From Alphaproteobacteria bacterium (GTDB taxonomy: Bacteria; Pseudomonadota; Alphaproteobacteria; Caulobacterales; Parvularculaceae), in NCBI GenBank assembly GCA_013151255.1, contig JAADIQ010000120.1, positions 20,894-84,893 of the forward strand: a DNA stretch of 64,000 nt. The letters are read 5' to 3'. Every line of letters starts with the position of its first letter. Position 1 is the stretch's first letter. This document shows, one piece after another, positions 58,811-64,000 of the stretch. The position numbers were made by a program, and so were the translations under genes. The notes below the pieces were generated by a model, which saw nothing but the letters and a program-made list of their open reading frames with translations, was not told where the DNA came from and searched no databases.

Positions 58811-59530
58811 ATGAACAAACCAATCCTGGTTGCGGCAGTCCTATTTTTGTCGTCTTTCATAGTCGCATGCGAACGCAACGAAGTCGCCGATCAAACCGCT
58901 AAAAAATTACGCACGCTGCAAGACGGCGCCCTAGTCTCATTAGCCAACCCAACCATGCGTTTTAAACCTGATGACGCATTTGACTATGCTGGTTCCGTAA
59001 GCCTTACCATCAAAGGCGCCGCCTTAGCCGAGCGTCACCATTGGGTTGTTGCCGACGAAGGACGTGTGAAAAAATTGATCATCGTGCAGTTCGAAGGATT
59101 TCTCGATGATGCCGACGGCCAATATAATATCGCCCTGCCCAGCGCGAATTTATCCGGCGCCAATTACAAATTCTCACCGGAACGCATTGAGCTTGGCGAC
59201 AAAAGTTTCGTCCATAACACCTGGGCCTTCGACAATGCGGCGTCGGCGCGCGACAATCCCGGCCTGGAAGCGGCGGCAACGCTGAACATACTTACAGACA
59301 AAGGCAATGCGATTGATGGCGAACTCATCATGTCGCGGTTTGGCACAGCGCTGGGCGATGATCGGCGCCATGAGTTGATTATTTTTTATATGGAGCCGGT
59401 AGCCGATCATGGCTGGACGCTTGCAGATTTTCCTGATGGCGGTCCCCTGACTGAAAAGTATGAACTCTTCTCCGATAGTTTAACGAAGCGGTCGCTCGAT
59501 AGTTTCGATATTACTTTTCAAAGTCAGTAA
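58811..59530 (+). CDS. Hypothetical lipoprotein
   Basis: GGAG ribosome-binding site and signal peptide ending in the lipobox-like IVAC. No recognised domain. Confidence 0.7.
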   Translation: MNKPILVAAVLFLSSFIVACERNEVADQTAKKLRTLQDGALVSLANPTMRFKPDDAFDYAGSVSLTIKGAALAERHHWVVADEGRVKKLIIVQFEGFLDDADGQYNIALPSANLSGANYKFSPERIELGDKSFVHNTWAFDNAASARDNPGLEAAATLNILTDKGNAIDGELIMSRFGTALGDDRRHELIIFYMEPVADHGWTLADFPDGGPLTEKYELFSDSLTKRSLDSFDITFQSQ

Positions 59531-59562
59531 CCACCATCGGCGCGCCGGAACGGAGATTCACC

Positions 59563-60057
59563 ATAGTCGCAGACCAACCCATACTCTCACTGGCGCAAGC
59601 CATCATCGACAAGGCAAGCGCAAAAGGCGTCATGGTCGCCGCTGCGGAATCCTGCACTGGCGGGATGATTACCGCGGCGCTGACGGATGTGCCAGGCTCG
59701 TCCGCCGTGGTGGATCGCGGCTTCGTCACCTACACCAATGAAGCCAAGCACGAGATGCTTGGTGTGCCGACGAAATTAATCGATGCGCATGGCGCGGTCA
59801 GCGAGGAGGTCGCCAGCGCGATGGCCGCCGGCGCGTTGCGTCACTCGCGCGCCGAGATTGCGGTTTCGGTTACCGGGATAGCCGGGCCAACCGGCGGCAG
59901 CGCTTTAAAGCCGGTCGGTCTGGTATGGTTCGGCCTCGCCCGGCGTGGAAGCGCCGTTCACACCGAGAAACATATCTTCGCGGCCAAGTCGCGCGGTTTC
60001 GTCAGGGCCGAGGCGGCTCAAAAAGCCTTACAGCTTATCCTCGGCGCGCTCGATTAA
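59563..60057 (+). CDS. cinA: CinA C-terminal family / NMN deamidase PncC
   Basis: AESCTGG, GFVTYTN, GAVSEE and TGIAGP motifs. The frame is open upstream to an ATA at 59563 preceded by GGAG; the first in-frame ATG is at 59632. Confidence 0.9.
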   Translation: MVADQPILSLAQAIIDKASAKGVMVAAAESCTGGMITAALTDVPGSSAVVDRGFVTYTNEAKHEMLGVPTKLIDAHGAVSEEVASAMAAGALRHSRAEIAVSVTGIAGPTGGSALKPVGLVWFGLARRGSAVHTEKHIFAAKSRGFVRAEAAQKALQLILGALD

Positions 60058-60077
60058 GGCCGCCTGACGGCAGGGCT

Positions 60078-60926
60078 TCAACGCGGCCGCGACTTGAACA
60101 GACACCGATCAGAAACACTGACCAGTTCTCGCTCGCCATCATCCAGCGTCACCGAAACGGCGTTGTCCGCATAGTCATCCGACGCCGCCGCTGTCACATT
60201 TGCAATCCCAAAGCGGTTTTGCATGTTCGACAAAGACGGCCGCCAACGCACGCTAAACACGCGCTGGCCCTCGGCGCCGCGATAATTATTCCAGGTTCGC
60301 GCGCCCGTCGCGCAGGCATACGCGTTCCAGTGCGCAAAATAGATATCTTCGGAAATATTATATTTTTGAACGAAATCTTCCTGCGCGTGCTTTGACGCTT
60401 CATAACGCTTACGCAATTTTTTAAGCGCCCGCGCGCCAAGCGGTTTTTTCTTCGCGAAGAAGATGTCGATATAGCGATCAAAACTGCGCGGCGCGGTTGA
60501 GCCATGCCAACCAATATCTGCGCCCTCCAGCAAGAATTTATCGTTAGCGGCGACGAAGAGGTAGTTGGCGCAGCTCGAATAACACGCTTTGGCGACAATC
60601 AGATCAAAGCCATGCGCCGACAACATATCCGCAATGTTGATCGCGCGCAAAACCGAACCGCCAGTGCTATCTATCACCACCGCCAGGTTTCGGGGACGGA
60701 GCCCCAGACGCTTAGTGATATCCTCCGCCATCTGCTTGTCGATCTCGCCCTTGAGGCACATCACATCGCGGCCTTTAAACGCGGCGAGCGATACTGACGC
60801 GGCGCCTTTGCAGCTTTTCGCAATCTGGCGCGCTTCAAACAGCTTGCTATCAAGAGCCAGCGCCGGCGGCAACGAGACGGCGAGAAGCGCAACCAACACC
60901 CCGCAAATGCGATGGCGGAGCTTCAT
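60078..60926 (-). CDS. Secreted ClpP/crotonase-like fold hypothetical protein
   Basis: Signal peptide, then L.GEI, VIDSTGGSV, ACYSSCANYLF and IGWHG. Confidence 0.65.
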   Translation of the reverse strand: MKLRHRICGVLVALLAVSLPPALALDSKLFEARQIAKSCKGAASVSLAAFKGRDVMCLKGEIDKQMAEDITKRLGLRPRNLAVVIDSTGGSVLRAINIADMLSAHGFDLIVAKACYSSCANYLFVAANDKFLLEGADIGWHGSTAPRSFDRYIDIFFAKKKPLGARALKKLRKRYEASKHAQEDFVQKYNISEDIYFAHWNAYACATGARTWNNYRGAEGQRVFSVRWRPSLSNMQNRFGIANVTAAASDDYADNAVSVTLDDGERELVSVSDRCLFKSRPR

Positions 60927-60958
60927 AAAAACCTTCTTTTGTAAAAACTGAGGCTGCG

Positions 60959-61414
60959 TCACTGCGCGCCGCCATAAAGATCATCAGCGCGGTCAACAAA
61001 CGCTTCGCTCATGCGTGCAAACGCTTTTTCAAAAACAACGCGCGCCGTCGATTGCAGGAGAATGTTGCGAAACTCAAATGCGATGAAAAAATGAATAGTC
61101 GAACCGCCGTCTGCTTTGTCTTCAAACCGCCACTGATTGTGCAGCCGCCGGAACGGACCATCGAGGTAATAAACATCAATCTCCTTGTTTACGGCGTCTA
61201 GAGAAACATCGCTCTTAAAGCGTTCGCGAAAAACCTTATAGGAAACGATCATCTCGGCGCGGAGCTTGCCCCCCGCTTCAGAAATATCTCTATCGAGAAT
61301 ACGAAGCGCAATGCACCAGGGCAAAAACTCTGGATATTTCTCAACGTCAGCAACCAGATCAAACATCTGCGCCGCGCTATAGGGAACATCCGAACTGGTG
61401 GTCCGCGACGTCAT
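60959..61414 (-). CDS. ratA: COQ10/RatA START-domain protein
   Basis: MFDLVADVEKYPEFLPWC, GPFRRLHNQWRF and FEF motifs. Confidence 0.92.
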   Translation of the reverse strand: MTSRTTSSDVPYSAAQMFDLVADVEKYPEFLPWCIALRILDRDISEAGGKLRAEMIVSYKVFRERFKSDVSLDAVNKEIDVYYLDGPFRRLHNQWRFEDKADGGSTIHFFIAFEFRNILLQSTARVVFEKAFARMSEAFVDRADDLYGGAQ

Positions 61415-61714
61415 AGGGCTGTCTTTGCTGACCGCAGGTCGTTTTGGGCCGGGACAGGGGCATATATTTTCAGCAAGCTCATAGCGCTTTCAAATGCAAG
61501 AAACGGAAGCCCGAAATGCAAAATTTCGCCCGATTCTTAAGCGATTAAGGCGACAAGCTCAATGCGCGAACCGCCCGATAATATTGCCTGCAACCTTTGT
61601 CGCATGCCGGCCATGTGGAAAAATAGTGCTTTGCCCTTCGCACGATAAAAGCCACCATAACCAATGGTTGTATGTATAGCCGTAACACAACCACACAACA
61701 TTGAGGGGGCGGCA

Positions 61715-61972
61715 ATGCTGCGTGAAGACAAACAGAGTTTTGACGATATTACCATCGTTACGGTCGGGAAAAGTGGCGGCAATACGCCCAAAAAATCAAC
61801 GAGCAATCGCTTTTTACATAGCGTGATCGCCATTTTGGGAGCGCTGCTCCTACTCGTCATTGTCTATGCCGCCGGCGTTAGGGCGGGCTATTTTTCTGCG
61901 CCGAAATATTTGTGTTGCTACGGCATCCTGGAACTCAACTTTGATTTCGAGCTGCAAGGCGCGAAGCGTTGA
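61715..61972 (+). CDS. Hypothetical single-TM protein
   Basis: GAGGGG ribosome-binding site, one hydrophobic helix, 85 aa. Confidence 0.5.
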   Translation: MLREDKQSFDDITIVTVGKSGGNTPKKSTSNRFLHSVIAILGALLLLVIVYAAGVRAGYFSAPKYLCCYGILELNFDFELQGAKR

Positions 61973-62032
61973 CGAGCACGCCCCAACAAAACCCACCACA
62001 CAATAATTCTCGTATGCCGCAGGGAGGCAACC

Positions 62033-62671
62033 ATGAACGCCAGAAATTTAATCCTTTCGATTGCTGCGCTAAGCGCTACAGCCTGCACCCATAAAGTCGC
62101 CGTTGACGATATTGTGGTGCGCAATCAGCGTGTCGGCGGGCCGCAACAACCAACACTTGAGGAGCGCAAAAAAGTCGCCGCAGAAACCTGCGAAGTGCAA
62201 TTTGAGTATGACCGGCAAAACTATCTGTCCGCCGTCCAGTCGATTATTTCGAAGTCAGCCCCCTTTCCAATTATGGCCGGCATACCGCTTGATGGTTTCC
62301 GCGCTGAAATTAATGCCAGCTACAACACCGTCGTTGCACGATGCAAAACCCATACGAACTGCCTGGAAGTTAAACTCTATGACGAGGCGAGTTGCTATAT
62401 GGCGGCCAGCGACCGTAAAGACGCCGAACGGCGGTTTTCAGATTTGGCCGAGCGATTGCGCGAGATTGAACGCAACTTCAACATGAAGGTCGCGGGCCAT
62501 AAACGAAAAAAACCGGTCACCAAGGTCAATGTTCAGACCACCGTCACGCAAACAAACGACCAGCGCCAGACCAATGACGTGCAGGTCGGCGATGATATCG
62601 CCGATCAGGATATACTGATTTTGTGTGGCAATGCGGCCAACTTGCTCGACCGGAGATGTCGCGAGCAATAA
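62033..62671 (+). CDS. Hypothetical Cys-rich lipoprotein
   Basis: GGGAGG ribosome-binding site, lipobox-like ATAC, six further Cys, a coiled-coil segment and a Thr/Gln-rich tail. Confidence 0.75.
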   Translation: MNARNLILSIAALSATACTHKVAVDDIVVRNQRVGGPQQPTLEERKKVAAETCEVQFEYDRQNYLSAVQSIISKSAPFPIMAGIPLDGFRAEINASYNTVVARCKTHTNCLEVKLYDEASCYMAASDRKDAERRFSDLAERLREIERNFNMKVAGHKRKKPVTKVNVQTTVTQTNDQRQTNDVQVGDDIADQDILILCGNAANLLDRRCREQ

Positions 62672-62676
62672 AGTCC

Positions 62677-63654
62677 CTAAAGCGCCGCGCGCGCGGCTTT
62701 CAGCTTTGCGAAATCTTCGCCGGCGTGATGCGATGACCGGGTCAACGGCGATGCAGAGACCATAAGGAAGCCTTTTGCCCGCGCCATGGTCTCGTAAGAC
62801 TTGAACTCGTCGGGATGGACAAACCGGTCAACCGGCGCGTGTTTGCGCGTCGGCTGAAGGTATTGACCGATGGTGATGAAATCGATGCCGGCCGAACGCA
62901 TGTCGTCCATTACCTGCATCACCTCTTCGCGCGCTTCACCAAGGCCGACCATGATGCCGGATTTCGTAAAAATCTCCGGGTCGCGCTCTTTGACCTTTTC
63001 TAGCAACCGCAGCGAATGAAAATAGCGCGCGCCCGGACGGATCGAGAGGTAGAGCCGCGGCGCGGTTTCAAGATTGTGGTTGAAGACATCGGGCTTGGAA
63101 TCAATGACGATCTCCGCCGCGCCGTCCTTGCGTAAGAAGTCCGGCGTTAAAATTTCAATCGTGGTTGCGGGCGAGCCGACGCGAATTGCACCCACTACCT
63201 TGGCGAAATGCTCCGCACCGCCATCGGCGAGATCGTCGCGGTCAACCGAGGTGATGACAACGTGCTTCAAACCCATTTCCGCCACCGCGTCGGCGACATG
63301 GCCGGGCTCGGACGCATCAAGCGGTCCCGGCAGGCCGGTCTTCACATTGCAGAAGGCGCAGGCCCTGGTGCAGGTGTCGCCCATGATCATCATGGTTGCG
63401 TGTTTTTTGTCCCAGCACTCGCCAATATTGGGACACGACGCCTCTTCGCAAACCGTATGCAGGCCCCGTGAGCGGACAATCTTGCGGGTCTCGGCATAGC
63501 CTTTGGAGACCGGCGCCTTGACGCGAATCCAGTCCGGCTTGCGCAATATCGGGCTGTCAGGACGGGCTTGCTTTTCCGGGTGGCGCGGGCGCGAGGCTTC
63601 GCGCTTCGGACCGCCAGCGGGGCCGCCATTGGGATTGTCGATCAGGGTCGTCAT
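62677..63654 (-). CDS. lipA: Lipoyl synthase
   Basis: [20 protein letters not shown] and RSSHHA motifs. Confidence 0.98.
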   Translation of the reverse strand: MTTLIDNPNGGPAGGPKREASRPRHPEKQARPDSPILRKPDWIRVKAPVSKGYAETRKIVRSRGLHTVCEEASCPNIGECWDKKHATMMIMGDTCTRACAFCNVKTGLPGPLDASEPGHVADAVAEMGLKHVVITSVDRDDLADGGAEHFAKVVGAIRVGSPATTIEILTPDFLRKDGAAEIVIDSKPDVFNHNLETAPRLYLSIRPGARYFHSLRLLEKVKERDPEIFTKSGIMVGLGEAREEVMQVMDDMRSAGIDFITIGQYLQPTRKHAPVDRFVHPDEFKSYETMARAKGFLMVSASPLTRSSHHAGEDFAKLKAARAAL

Positions 63655-63706
63655 GCATCGTCATGTAGCAGCGGCGCCGAACGAATGTAAGGGGCCGAAA
63701 TCGCCG

Positions 63707-64000
63707 CTAAACCAGCCGCTCAACCATCTCGACCAGCTCATCAAACGGCCGGTGAATAAGCGAGCCGTCAAGCGGTTCTCCGAGCGCGACATTGACCGCT
63801 TCCCAGGCTTCAATTGAGCCGATCATGGGCGGCGCGCCGGTGCTGGCGAGTTTTGAGCCCTCGGTGGAGAATTTGACCACCTCGCGCGAGACCGGCAGGC
63901 GCAGCCATCGCCATACCCGGCGGTGCAGCTCGCCATCGCAATATTGCTCCCAGCGCGGATCGGCGCCATCATTGGGTATGTCGAAGAATAGCGTCTTCAA
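63707..64000 (-). CDS. Hypothetical protein (3' part; the 5' end lies outside the window)
   Basis: Open frame from the window edge to a TAG at 63707, upstream of lipA. No recognised motif. Confidence 0.5.
   Translation of the reverse strand: MKTLFFDIPNDGADPRWEQYCDGELHRRVWRWLRLPVSREVVKFSTEGSKLASTGAPPMIGSIEAWEAVNVALGEPLDGSLIHRPFDELVEMVERLV

Noticed and set aside
60959-61414. RatA as an active toxin-antitoxin module
   Set aside because: No RatB/RnfH partner is adjacent. The family is established as a COQ10-like ubiquinone-binding START protein.

Overview
GC-rich alphaproteobacterial chromosomal window. A Parvularcula/Hyphomonas/Caulobacter-like organism is plausible from gene content, but this is inference only. 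Left to right: (1) arginine succinyltransferase genes (M20 hydrolase, astA, astD, inserted ORF, partial astB). (2) A hopanoid-type cluster (hpnN, hpnM, ispA, ispH, hpnH, hpnG, hpnE, hpnD, hpnC) with no squalene-hopene cyclase gene and a 57-codon, internally deleted hpnB-like remnant. (3) A sulfotransferase / paraoxonase-like / HpnA-like reductase / PhyH dioxygenase / UspA run, divergent from tamAB. (4) An N-box-degenerate histidine kinase plus a HerA-like ATPase downstream of CtrA-type boxes. (5) A CPA1 antiporter, enoyl-CoA hydratase and folE. (6) An actinobacterial-style prpD-prpB-prpC set interleaved with small ORFs. (7) A GbsR/MarR regulator divergent from cysD-cysNC; CysD carries an N-terminal Cro-like HTH and is preceded by three palindromic operator-like sites. 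(8) A thrombospondin-C-like PEP-CTERM protein. (9) The conserved dusB-ntrY-ntrX-trkA-trkH-dat-hfq-hflX block, here without ntrB/ntrC. (10) ispDF, cinA/pncC, ratA/COQ10 and lipA. Three REP/RPE-like palindromes are present. No rRNA, tRNA, CRISPR array, transposase, integrase or phage structural gene was seen. All product calls rest on motif recognition from memory; no database search was run.
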